From contig NC_068982.1 in the NCBI RefSeq assembly GCF_001194135.2, positions 58,102,241-58,166,240 on the forward strand: a stretch of DNA of 64,000 nt, read 5' to 3'. A model generated the notes under the pieces. It was not told the origin of the DNA, did no database searches, and was given only the letters and a program-made list of their open reading frames with translations. Source of the stretch: Octopus bimaculoides (Eukaryota). The position numbers and the translations under genes are program-made. Below, in pieces: positions 52,346-64,000 of the stretch (within the stretch, counting starts at the first letter, position 1; every line of letters starts with the position of its first letter).

Positions 52346-54703
52346 AAGGTAATGGATTTGCAGAATGATTTGAACATTAAGCAAAATGCTTTCCCTGCAT
52401 TTGTTCAGACACTTTACATTCTAAGATGAAATCCTGTCAAAGTCATCCATGTCAGTCATCCTTCTGGGGCTGATTAATTTAAATCTAAATCTAGCACTGG
52501 GGAATGGTACAATTGGTTATACTCCTAAATTTTTTTCTGAAGAAGAAAAAATTATTAAGACAAAGACAATAAAGCTGCTGCTTTTGTTTATTATGATGAG
52601 GATGATGTTTAATCTACAAGAAAATGAAACAAAAAGAATAAATATGGATATGATGTAGAGAGAAGATGGAAGGGAAAAAGGTAAGAAGGAGGAGAAGATG
52701 GGTAAAAAAGTAACTGAGAAAAGTAATGAAAATCAAAGAAGAGGAAGAAGAAATGTGAATCTTTTTGATATACTTTTTATATCCTTATTCTTTTCTGGCC
52801 CCCTTAACTGTTGTCCGTAACAAACTTGTTTCAACAACAAAACTTCTCTCTTGATGTGAAATATCTGTACGAGAAAAATAGTCAAGGGTTTGAAACCTCA
52901 AACTTGCGTTCAGTAATCAGATAAGTTTTCCCTTAAGTAAAAATATTCTGCCACTACCTATTTAGTAAATGTTTGCCGGCTCTAACTTCTTCGACACAAT
53001 AGACATTGTTTCCATTTGAATAACAAACAATACCAGGTTGCCTAACTTTCTAACGACTGGACAGAGCTGTTATACTGCTGCAACAAAAATTCTTTCGTCC
53101 AAGTCATTGTCTGTCATCGTAATTCATTCCATTAATGCAGAAACACTGTGACCAAGCTTCACAGAGAAGTCAACTGATTATCAAGTTACATGTTTCTATC
53201 ATCAAGTGGTCAGCCTGATTCCTCTTGGCTACAGAATTTTCATTTGTCTCAAAATCTAATTATCAATTCCAGAGTCATCTCTCCAGTACCAAGATCACTC
53301 ATAGCCAGAAAGGTAGTTTGACACAATGGAGATATTGCTAAACAGTGTGGCAAAAACGATTCTCTTCTCTATTTTTCCTGCAGGTATGAAGCTGCTTGAA
53401 TCAATGCTTTCATTTTCGGTATTGTTCCTCTTTTGGCTACAGTTCCGAGTCAAAGACCACAGCGAGCTTCATTGAGTGGATGTACCTATCTGTGCAGTTC
53501 CTCTCAGTGAAAAGCTTCAGTGACAGTGTTTCTTTTCAGAATTTTTCTATTCTGTGTTTCAATGAATATTGTTTTCAGTTTTCATTTGGGCGTCAGTAAA
53601 TTGATTAGCTGGTTGGCCTGTCAACTGATTAAGGAAGTTTGGTGTTCAATAGTTTCTTTATTGATCAGTTGATGGAAAAGATTGATCACCATTGTGAGAG
53701 CTAGTTTACTTACTGATTGATGGTTTAAATGTGAGTTTGACAATTGATTAAAAGTTAGATAATTTAGCTAGGGGATTTTTGTCTTTATAATAAATTACAT
53801 TAATGAAACAGAAGTGATATGTGGAACTTAAATGAATCATAAAGTTGAAGTATTCTCCCACTCCAGAGAATTAAAGATCTAAAGATAAAAGAATACTTTG
53901 GTAGGAGAATTCTGGATTGGATTTAATAATTAAAAAGCTGTCTGATAGCTGAATGTTCTGAGTTCAAATCCATCCTGTAAATGGAATAGTATTGTCCATA
54001 ATGCTGTTATTGTTGTTGCTGTTTTTTAGCCCTGGGTCATTCCTGAACAAACAGATCTATGAACACAAGAATGCCAATCATAACAATTAAAATTTTTGTT
54101 TTTCCAGATCAACATTACCTAATATGTCCATCTTTTTTTATGACTGCAAGGCGTGATTTGAGGGAAATTTGGCTATTATTTCTAGTAGGTTGAGTAACAT
54201 AATACAAGGTCCCTCAATGTTTCATACTGGTTTCGAATTTTGGCACAAGGCCAGCAATTTTAGGAGAAGGGGTAAGTCAATTACATCAACCCCAATGCTC
54301 AACTGGTACTTTATTGAGCCCAAAAGGATAAAAAGCAAAGTTCACCTCAATGGAATTTGAACTCAGAACATAAAGACAAATAAATGCTTCTCGGCACTTT
54401 ACTCAGTGTGCTAACAAATCTGTCTATATTATCACCAATCTTTCCACTTAATCTAATATCAGAAGCTGATCAACAGAAAATCTAATCTCCAAAGTATCAA
54501 AATATAATGTAATACATATATAAAACGCTATTCAATAGACATATAATCATGTCTAATTCACCTGTTTCACCATAATATTACCTCCTGCAGCAAATGTAAT
54601 ATCATACAGTCAGGGCTGGATTAAAACCGATAGAGGCCCTAAGCACTTAAATGATTTGGGTGCCCCAATATATATATTATTCAAACAATAAACAATAATA
54701 AAC

Positions 54704-54921
54704 TATCCATTGATTGCAGAAAAATATGCTACTGGCCAGCCATGAGACTTGAACTCACATCTCTGTGATTATGCGTCAAGTGTTTTACCATTACACTAAA
54801 CGGCCCAGCAACGGATTCTTCTGCAATTTTAGAACTTATAAATTTAGCCACATAAGACGCTGAGATGTGAGTTCGAGTCTCATGGCTGGCCAGTAGCGTA
54901 TTTTTCTGCAATCAATGGATA
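54704..54921. repeat. Inverted repeat with 60-bp arms made of tRNA-like 3' halves plus oligo-T trailer
   Basis: Arms 54704-54763 and 54862-54921 differ at 2 positions, both CpG-type. The minus strand from about 54805 to 54733 folds into a degenerate cloverleaf. Confidence 0.85.
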
Positions 54922-54972
54922 ATTTATCCTGATCACGCTATTTATAGCATTATCACGCGTTTGAGAAATAAA

Positions 54973-55008
<36 letters not shown>

Positions 55009-56415
55009 CAACATCGCTTGACAACCGATGGTGGTGTGTTTACGTCCCCGTAACTTAGCGGTTCGGCAAAAGAGACTGATAGAATAAGTACTAGGCTTCC
55101 AAAGAATAAGTCCTAGGGTCGATTTGCTTGACTAAAGGCGATGCTCTAGCATGGCCGCAGTCAAATGACTGAAACAAGTAAAAGAGTAAAAGAGTAAAGA
55201 GTATATAAAGCATTTCGAATATTATTTTAGCAAGTTTAGAGTGATTTCTTTTGTGCTGTAAACCATTTACCATTTCTGTGGTGCCCCCTGCCACTTTCTT
55301 TGATGCCTTAAGGACATGCTTCTTTTAATGAATAATTATTCCAGCACTACAATGCACCATTGATACTTATTTTATTGACTTAAGAAAGGTAACAGGCACA
55401 ATATTAGCATAGATTGGAAGTTTGTTAATTATGCATGTTTGTTTGTGTGTGTGTGTGTGTTTGTGCGGGTCTCCTATCACCTGTTGCCAACCAGTGCTGG
55501 TTTGTTTATGTTCCTGTAACTTAGCAGTTCTGCAAAAAAGAGACCAATAAAATAAGTACCAGACTTAAGAATATAATATGTATTGGGGTCAACTAAAATC
55601 ATTTAAAGAAGTGCCCCAGCATGGCCACAGTCTAATGACTGAAACAAGCAAAAGATAAATCATAAAAGATTTATGATGTATGCATGATACCAGCATGAAT
55701 GTATGTCTATGCTAGTTTGTATGTATATGTTATGCTGTATTTGGGCATAAGTGTAGTTTAGAGTGTGTGTGTGTGTGTGTGTGTGTTTGTGCACGTGCAT
55801 GTGTGTGTGTACAAGATAGCAAGCTGGCAGAATTGTTAGCACATTGGGTGAAATGCTTAGCGCCATTTCACCTTTCTTTACGTTCTGAGTTCAAATTCCA
55901 CTTTGGTTGAATTTACTTTTTATCCTTTCAGGATCAATAAAATAAGTATCGGCTGAGCACTGTAGCCGAACTAATTGACATTCCCTTCCTCTAAAAATGC
56001 TGGCCTTGTGCCAAAACTTGAAAGCAATTTAATGTGTGTGTAAGCACATGCTTGTATGCAATACAGGCAACCAACAAAATGTCAGCATGAATGAATATAC
56101 AATAGATGGTTTATTTTAATGTGTACATATGTGTGTGAATGTGTGAAAGTAAGTTTATGTCTGGCTCAAGTTAGCATTTGTACAAATCTTAAAAGCAGTG
56201 TGAGTATCTATTGAAATTTGTTTGTTTAAATGTATGCGTGTGAGTATTAGGTGTATATGTGAATGTGTGCAGTTATTGATTAATAAGGCTGTAAGTGTAT
56301 TTACATGCATAGTAAATCTGCTAGTATATTAATATGTTTATGTATGTGTAACAGCGTGTATGAGTTGGCCTGTATATATATATATGTGCTCACAGACACA
56401 CAATGCACTCATAAT

Positions 56416-56457
<42 letters not shown>

Positions 56458-56499
56458 ATATATATGTGCTTCTACGCATGTGTCAGTAAATGTTTGTCC

Positions 56500-56543
<44 letters not shown>

Positions 56544-56606
56544 GTGAGTTCTATATATGTTTGTATATATGTATGTGTGCATATATATATGTGCATGTAT
56601 GTACGA

Positions 56607-56669
<63 letters not shown>

Positions 56670-57565
56670 CAGATAGATAGACAGATAGATAAGTAGATAG
56701 ATAGTTAGATAGATAGATAGACAGATATATGTAACTATGTATGCATATTCAACAATGTCATATATGAATTTATGCATATATTCTTTGTTGGAAATTTTAA
56801 CAAAAAAATCTTTGTTGTGTTTTTTTTTGTAATTTTTTAGAAACTACTTTACACCATTTCTTTCATTATTATTTTTTTATATGCAAAAAAAAAAAAAAAA
56901 CGGGAAAAAACATTCTCATAAAATCAGAAAATCTGAAACCAAAGAAATGATTTATATATGAGTTTACTTGCATATTGGTAATTATTTTCTATCGTAAAGG
57001 AACTTGGCATTGGCTCTGGTGTCTTTTATGTTCTTCTGTCTTTATGTCTTTTTATGAAACCACAACAACAGCAACAACGGCAAAATGAACAAAAGAATGA
57101 GGACAAGAAATATAAAAGGAACACAAACATATACATACATAAATACATGCACACACATACATACATACTCACATGCATACACATACATACACACATGTTC
57201 ACACACACACACACACATGCACATCTATAAATATGCACACATAACTGTCCAATGAAAGAAAACATTTTGAATTTCAGCAAATGTATTTTGTGAATGAAAA
57301 TAAAATACATATGTATGTATGTAAGTATGTATGTTTGTATGTATGTATGCATGCATGTATGTATGTATGTATGTTTGTGTGTGTGTGTGTGTGTGTGTGT
57401 CAGTGTGTGTATGTATGTTTGTATGTATGTGCACATGAGTATGTATGCATATGTGTATGTATGTAGAAATTTATTGACGTATATCAATGAATATATACAT
57501 ATATATAAGAATATATATCATTGTACTTGTGCACATAAATACATATGTACATGCAGACATGAACT

Positions 57566-57596
<31 letters not shown>

Positions 57597-58355
57597 GTGT
57601 ACACATAAAACAAACCCAAACACTGAAAATAGACTTTCTGAAACTCCTTTTTGTATGAAGAAATTTCAACAAATTTCTCCAGATGATTGAACAAAAGCAA
57701 ACAAGACATAAATATAACTTGTCTCTGTCTGTCTGTCTGTCTGTCTCTCTCTCACCCGCTTTCCATCTTATTCTGTCTTTCCCTCTGTCTGTTTCATAAG
57801 TGAGGTATTCAACTTGTTTTTCTAAGCATCTCTTCGGTACCATTACTGTCAAAAGCAAAGTGTCAAATTCCCACAATGCAATGTATACTATGTCATCGTA
57901 AGTTCCAATGGATAGTTCCAGGGTAAAAAAAAAGAAAAAAAAATTACCAATTTGATTGAGAAGCTATCTACAATAAAAACTAATAATAATAAGGATAATA
58001 ATAATCAATAGGAAATAATAAAATCAATCTTGGAAGTTACAGTCACAACAAGAACATAAACAGCGACAACCATGATTTCAACACTAAAGGGAGTTATAGA
58101 AATAGAAAAAATAAACAATATTAAACAACAAAAATATCAAACATTTCAAAAAGTGACAATGATTGCTCCGATATTAACTTTTTTAAGTGGTAAATGATTC
58201 AAATGAATGCACTTATTGAACAAATATAAATAAATAATATATATTATTTCATGTTTATATATGTGTTCATGTACAAGTCTTTCTATCTATCTATCTATCT
58301 ATATATATATATATACGTACACGCACATATTTATTATTTCATAAGTATGTATGTG

Positions 58356-58390
<35 letters not shown>

Positions 58391-58417
58391 GCATATTTAT
58401 ATATGTATATATATATG

Positions 58418-58449
<32 letters not shown>

Positions 58450-59162
58450 TACATATATATATAATTTCATGTTTGTGCATGTATGTATGTATATATATAT
58501 AATTTCATGCTAGTGCATGTATACATATATATGCATGCTTATGTAGATACATATATATATACACATGCATATATATTATTTCATATGCATGTCTGTGTAT
58601 ATGTGTGTACGTGTGTGTCTGCATGTGCATGTGTGTGCGTTTGTGTGTGTGTGAGTGTGTGTTTAAATATGTTTGTGTGTGTGTGTGCATGAACTAGAAC
58701 GAGAGTTGATGAGTTTTATGTATTCAAAAAAAAAATAAATAAATAAAATAATGTATTGAAATAATAGCAGATAGTAAATTGAGTCTAAATGAAAAATTTA
58801 TAAATAAATATCAATATATAACTAAATGTTAAATAAAGGTCAAAGTGGATTCTGTGCTAATAAATAATTTATCAAAAGCTGAAGTTTGAAACCATTGGAT
58901 GAAATAAGTTTATTATTTAGTCCTGAGTTAAACCTCATCAAGCAAACTTAAACAATAATGGTTTCAAATTTCAATTCATGGCCAGTAATTTCAAGGGAGG
59001 GGATAAGTCGACTATGTTGACCCCCACTGATCAACCAGTGCTTATTTTATTGACTCTGAGAGTCATCCTCAGTGGAATTTGAACTGAGAACTTAAAGACA
59101 GATGAAATGCTGCTAAGAATTTTGTCCTGGGAGTGGAAATGAGCATAATTACAATTATTCAG

Positions 59163-59590
59163 ACGTAGGAGTGGCTGTGTGGTAAGTAGCTTGCTTACCA
59201 ACCACATGGTTCTGAGTTCAGTCCCACTGCATGGCATCTTGGGCAAGTGTCTTCTACTATAGCCTTGGGCCGACCAAAGCCTTGTGAGTGGATTTGGTAG
59301 ACGGAAACTGAAAGAAGCCCGTTGTATATATGTAGATATATATATATATATGTATGTGTGTATGTGTTTGTGTGTCTGTGTTTGTCCCCCCAACATCGCT
59401 TGACAACCGATGCTGATGTGTTTACGCCCCCGTAACTTAGCGGTTCGGCAAAAAGAGACCAATAGAATAAGTACTAGGCTTACAAAGAATAAGTCCTGGG
59501 GTCGATTTGCTCGACTAAAGGTGATGCTCCAGCATGGCCACAGTCAAATGACTGAAACAAGTAAAAGAGTAAAAGCGTAAGGAGTAAAGA
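59163..59590 (+). mobile_element. Full-length family A SINE
   Basis: GTAGGAGTGGCTGTGTGG head, linker and standard tail. Confidence 0.9.
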
Positions 59591-60020
59591 GTGTTTGGGA
59601 ACAGCTTCATATATTGGTCAACAGTCAANNNNNNNNNNNNNNNNNNNNNNNNNNNNNNNNNNNNNNNNNNNNNNNNNNNNNNNNNNNNNNNNNNNNNNNN
59701 NNNNNNNNNNNNNNNNNNNNNNNNNNNNNNNNNNNNNNNNNNNNNNNNNNNNNNNNNNNNCGTAACTTAGCGGTTCGGCAAAAAGAGACCAATAGAATAA
59801 GTACTAGGCTTACAAAGAATAAGTCCTGGGGTCGATTTGCTCGACTAAAGGTGATGCTCCAGCATGGCCACAGTCAAATGACTGAAACAAGTAAAAGAGT
59901 AAAAGCGTAAGGAGTAAAGAGTGTTTGGGAACAGCTTCATATATTGGTCAACAGTCAACGGTGTTGGAGAGCATAAAGATTAAAGCTGTAGTTGGGAAAA
60001 AGTTAGCTAAGACAGGGAAC

Positions 60021-60478
60021 TGGAAGCCATCTGAATATTGGAAAACAGTTACCTGTACCATGATGAATCGTGCCAGGTATCAAAAGGCCAACATCATGAT
60101 TGTTACTCAATGCTCTGTGAACAATGGAATGGCTGTAAGATATGACATGGACAGCTGCAATAGAGACTACCAAGCTGTGGCCAGCAGGAAAGGACATTGC
60201 AAGCATTTTGGCTGCATCTGCATATCAGGATTCATTCAACAAGTGCAGGACAGGGCTTAGGCTGAGTTCAGACAACTGTGAGAAGCTTCTGGAGACTATT
60301 GTCAAATCCTGGTGGGAAAGAGTTGCTGCTGGAAGGCCATATCTATGGCAGCAGGATTTGACTCCTTGTCCTGCCCCCAGAAAGAGTGAGAAGTGGTTGT
60401 TCGTGAATTTCTAAGACGTCACCAGCCCCAATTTCTGGTCTCCTAATTCCCCAGATTGTAATCCCATGAATTACTATT
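60021..60478 (+). pseudogene. Internally deleted DD37D (maT-like) transposase relic
   Basis: N-terminal part WKPSEYWK...DYQAVASRKGHC...FIQQVQD is joined to LLETIVKSWWERVAAGRPYLWQQD...NFWSPNSPDCNPMNY. I count 37 residues between the QQD aspartate and the decayed third catalytic position. One internal stop. Confidence 0.8.
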
Positions 60479-60723
60479 CTTTTATTCTTTTACTTGTTTC
60501 AGTCATTTAACTGCAGCCATGCTAGAGCACCACCTTGAAGGATTGTAGTTGAATAGATCGACCCAGGACTTATTTCTTAACCCTAGTACTTATTCTGTTG
60601 GCCTCTTTTGCCAAACCACTAAGTTACAAGACAAACACACCAACACTGGTTGTCAAGTGGTGAAGGGGGGACAAACACAGACACAAAGACATGCACACAC
60701 GCATAGATACACACACACATGTT

Positions 60724-60757
<34 letters not shown>

Positions 60758-60768
60758 TATATATATAT

Positions 60769-60809
<41 letters not shown>

Positions 60810-61312
60810 NNNNNNNNNNNNNNNNNNNNNNNNNNNNNNNNNNNNNNNNNNNNNNNNNNNNNNNNNNNNNNNNNNNNNNNNNNNNNNNNNNNNNNNNNNN
60901 NNNNNNNNNNNNNNNNNNNNNNNNNNNNNNNNNNNNNNNNNNNNNNNNNNNNNNNNNNNNNNNNNNNNNNNNNNNNNNNNNNNNNNNNNNNNNNNNNNNN
61001 NNNNNNNNNNNNNNNNNNNNNNNNNNNNNNNNNNNNNNNNNNNNNNNNNNNNNNNNNNNNNNNNNNNNNNNNNNNNNNNNNNNNNNNNNNNNNNNNNTAT
61101 ATATATATATATACACATATATATATTAGCTCATCCCATAAGTAATGTGGTTCTTTCAATTGCTTGAACTAAAAGTCAGAGGGGGATGGACGGGATAAAA
61201 TACCACCATCAACTTGCTATAAAAGCAGGTAGTAATTTTACCTTGACCTTATTCTTAGTGCAAGCTTTGAAGAGTGCAGTTTGATTTTAACAGTTATTTT
61301 TTCAAAGCTATG

Positions 61313-61925
61313 ATGGAAGTGACAAAGGAGCATATTCTGCATATTTTGCTTTATGAGTTCAACAATGGCAACAATGCAATGGAAAGTGTGAGGAATATTA
61401 ATGCAGTATATGGGGATTGGACACTAAGCATAAGCCAATGTCAAGAGTGGTTCCAGAAATTCTGAGCCAGAAACTACAACCTAGAAGACAAGCCTCATCC
61501 TGGAAAATCTGTAGAGCTCAACAAGTACATCCTGCATATCCTCGTGGAATAAAATCCTATCGTACCTGTTGAAGAACTAGCAGAGAAGCTTGGATTTGGT
61601 TATTCAACTATTCATCAACACTTGTGTGCCATCAGAAAAGTCAGCAAATTAGGTCAATGGGTTCCCTACAAACTTTCCAAGTCTAATCACATGCAAAGAG
61701 TGAATATGTACTCTTCTTTGCTGTCATGTTTCACAAACAAACCTTTTTCGGACCAAATAGTAACTGGTAAAGAGAAATAGGTTCTCTATAAAAATGTCAA
61801 GTGCCGAAAGTAGGGAAAAGAGAAACACTGGCACCCCAGATTAAAGAAGGTCTTGTTGTTATCTGTTTGGTGAAATATGAAAGGCTTACTCCACTTTGAA
61901 CTTTTAAACACAAATCAAATGACAT
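61313..61925 (+). pseudogene. Mariner transposase relic (5' two-thirds), truncated by a family B SINE
   Basis: MEVTKEHILHILLYEF...QCQEWFQKF*ARNYNLEDKPHPG...KLGQWVPYKL (WVPHEL-like)...IVTGKEK*VLY (IVTGDEKW-like). Several stops. Confidence 0.9.
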
Positions 61926-62500
61926 TGACCCCAGTGATCAACTGGTATTTATTTTATCAACCCCACAAGGATGAAAGCAAAGTTGGCCTCGCAGAATTTG
62001 AACTCAAAGCATGAGACAGATGAAATACCACTAAGCATTTTGCCTGGCATGCTATCAATTCTGGCAACTTGCTACTTACATGTTAGTCAATATTATGGTC
62101 ATGGCAAAAGTGGTGAGCTGGCAGAATAATTAGCATGCTGGGTGAAATGCTTAGCAGCATTTCGTCCATCTTCAGGTTCTGAGTTCAAATTCTGCCAAGG
62201 TTGACTTTGCATTTTGTCATTTTGGGGTCGATAAAATAAGTACCAGTTGAGTACTGAGATCGATGCAATCAACTGAAATTGCTGGCCTTGTAATCAAAAT
62301 TCAAAATCAGCATTATGGTCATGGCAAATTGGCTGAATCTTTAGAGCATCGACCATCGACCAAAACAACTTGCAGCATATAATTATGGCTCTTTATAATC
62401 TAAGTTCAAATCCCTCTCTAGGTCAACTTTATCTTTCACCATTCTTGGGTCACAAAAAAAAAAAATATTGGTAAAATACTAAGCTTGATCTAATTAATTT
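61925..62500. mobile_element. Family B SINE cluster (one reversed, 61925-62060, then forward copies)
   Basis: Same diagnostic blocks as 38147-38800. Confidence 0.8.
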
Positions 62501-62893
62501 TACCCTCATTAAATTCCGTGGTCTTGTGTCAATGCTAGAAATCAATATACCATATTTAAAACTATATCTTTCCCTACCCCCCACTAATGTCTGATTTTGT
62601 GCCTATATTAGAAGTCAATATTGTGGTTATAATAAACCAAAGTAAATTGTACATATCCCAGTTTTTAGAATAGGTTATATCATATCTCTGCTGGTCATAA
62701 GAGGCATGTAAAAGGGTTGCATCCAGTCATAAAACACAGCCTCATACAGATTCATCCAGCTAATGCCAGCAGAGAAAAAAAAATGAACATAAAATCAATG
62801 ATGATGATGATGTTACATAAGTAATTTATTTGCAATATATAAATAAATGAATATTTTCGATAAATGAATTATTTATTAAGATATGAACATGGC

Positions 62894-62967
<74 letters not shown>

Positions 62968-63100
62968 TAGAGACAGTTGAAGATTTTTATTTTATAATGT
63001 GAAGCATACATCTAATGCTAATGCTGTGTTTTTATTTTGCTCACTAGATGATGACCATCAAAAAGACCAGTTACATTTCACAAAGTTGTTATTGTTGCTG

Positions 63101-63131
<31 letters not shown>

Positions 63132-63794
63132 GGGGATCAGGTCAGACAGACACCATCAGGTCAGAACATAAGTAATGAGCCTTGTGACATGAAATTCTCA
63201 AATTTCAATGAACTACAAAAAAATGAACACACACACATACACACACACACACAGAGACACACACACACACAGACACACACACACACAGACACACACAGGC
63301 AGACACACACACACACACAGAGAGGCACACACATACACAATAAATAATACAGTTTCATTTTCTTCTTTTGATCAAATCTATGAAAAACAAAAATTATTTA
63401 GATTTATGAAATTAAATTACCATTTTCATAAATATGCAAAGCTTAAAATTATTATCATTAATTAATTAATTAATTAGAAAGTTGATTTGATAACTATTTT
63501 AGTTATTTAATTATTTTAATCTTGATTCTTCAAAGGATTTTATTTTGCAAATTTACTATTCCAAAGAATCATTTCCTGGATTTATAAAATAAAAATAAAA
63601 CAAAACAAAGCAAGATAAAATAAATTTTATCTTGTATATTTTTAACACGGTATGATATGTCATCAGTTAACTTGAACATAGAATTGATCACAGAGCGAAA
63701 AATAGTTAATAACTGGGCTTTTAATAGAATCAATTATTCTGCTTTGTCTAATGACATTTTGAATTATATTGTTGAAGGCTTGATTAACATATCA

Positions 63795-63950
63795 CAGGCA
63801 TGGTAAGAAGCTTGCTTCCCAACCACATGGTTCCAGGTTCAGTCCTACTACGTAGCACCTTGGGCAAGTGTCTTTTATTATAGCTGCAGGGTGACCAAAA
63901 CCTTGTGAGTGGATTTGGTAGACAGAAACTGAAAGAAACCTGTCATATAT
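63795..63950 (+). mobile_element. Family A SINE head, continuing into (TA)n at the window end
   Basis: GGTAAGAAGCTTGCTTCCCAACCACATGGTTCCAGGTTCAGTCC...GAAACTGAAAGAAACC. Confidence 0.85.
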
Positions 63951-63965
63951 ATATACATACGTACT

Positions 63966-64000
<35 letters not shown>

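Overview
AT-rich eukaryotic scaffold segment with many N gaps and abundant (TA)n/(CA)n/(GA)n microsatellites. The SINE families and repeat landscape point to an octopus or other cephalopod genome (inference, no database search run). I could not recognise any intact protein-coding gene: almost all ORFs in the track come from microsatellites, N gaps or transposon sequence. What the sequence supports: (1) the 5' end of a Ty3/Gypsy-type LTR retrotransposon at the window start (LTR, tRNA-Ser-like PBS, decayed gag); (2) several tRNA-derived SINE families; (3) many 5'-truncated RTE-clade LINE 3' ends with (GAT)n tails; (4) decayed DNA transposons (two mariner, one DD37D/maT, one piggyBac) plus Tc1/mariner, pogo/Tigger, hAT and piggyBac MITEs with target-site duplications (TSDs); (5) weak candidate exons and CpG-retaining promoter-like patches. 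The most unusual observations are a head-to-head inverted pair of tRNA-like sequences (54704-54921), a four-layer nested insertion bounded by a perfect 8-bp TSD (9470-10900), SINE heads joined to different 3' tails through microsatellite linkers, and a duplicated PBS. Boundaries of decayed repeats are approximate (about 10-20 bp). Family and subfamily names come from motif recall, not from searches.
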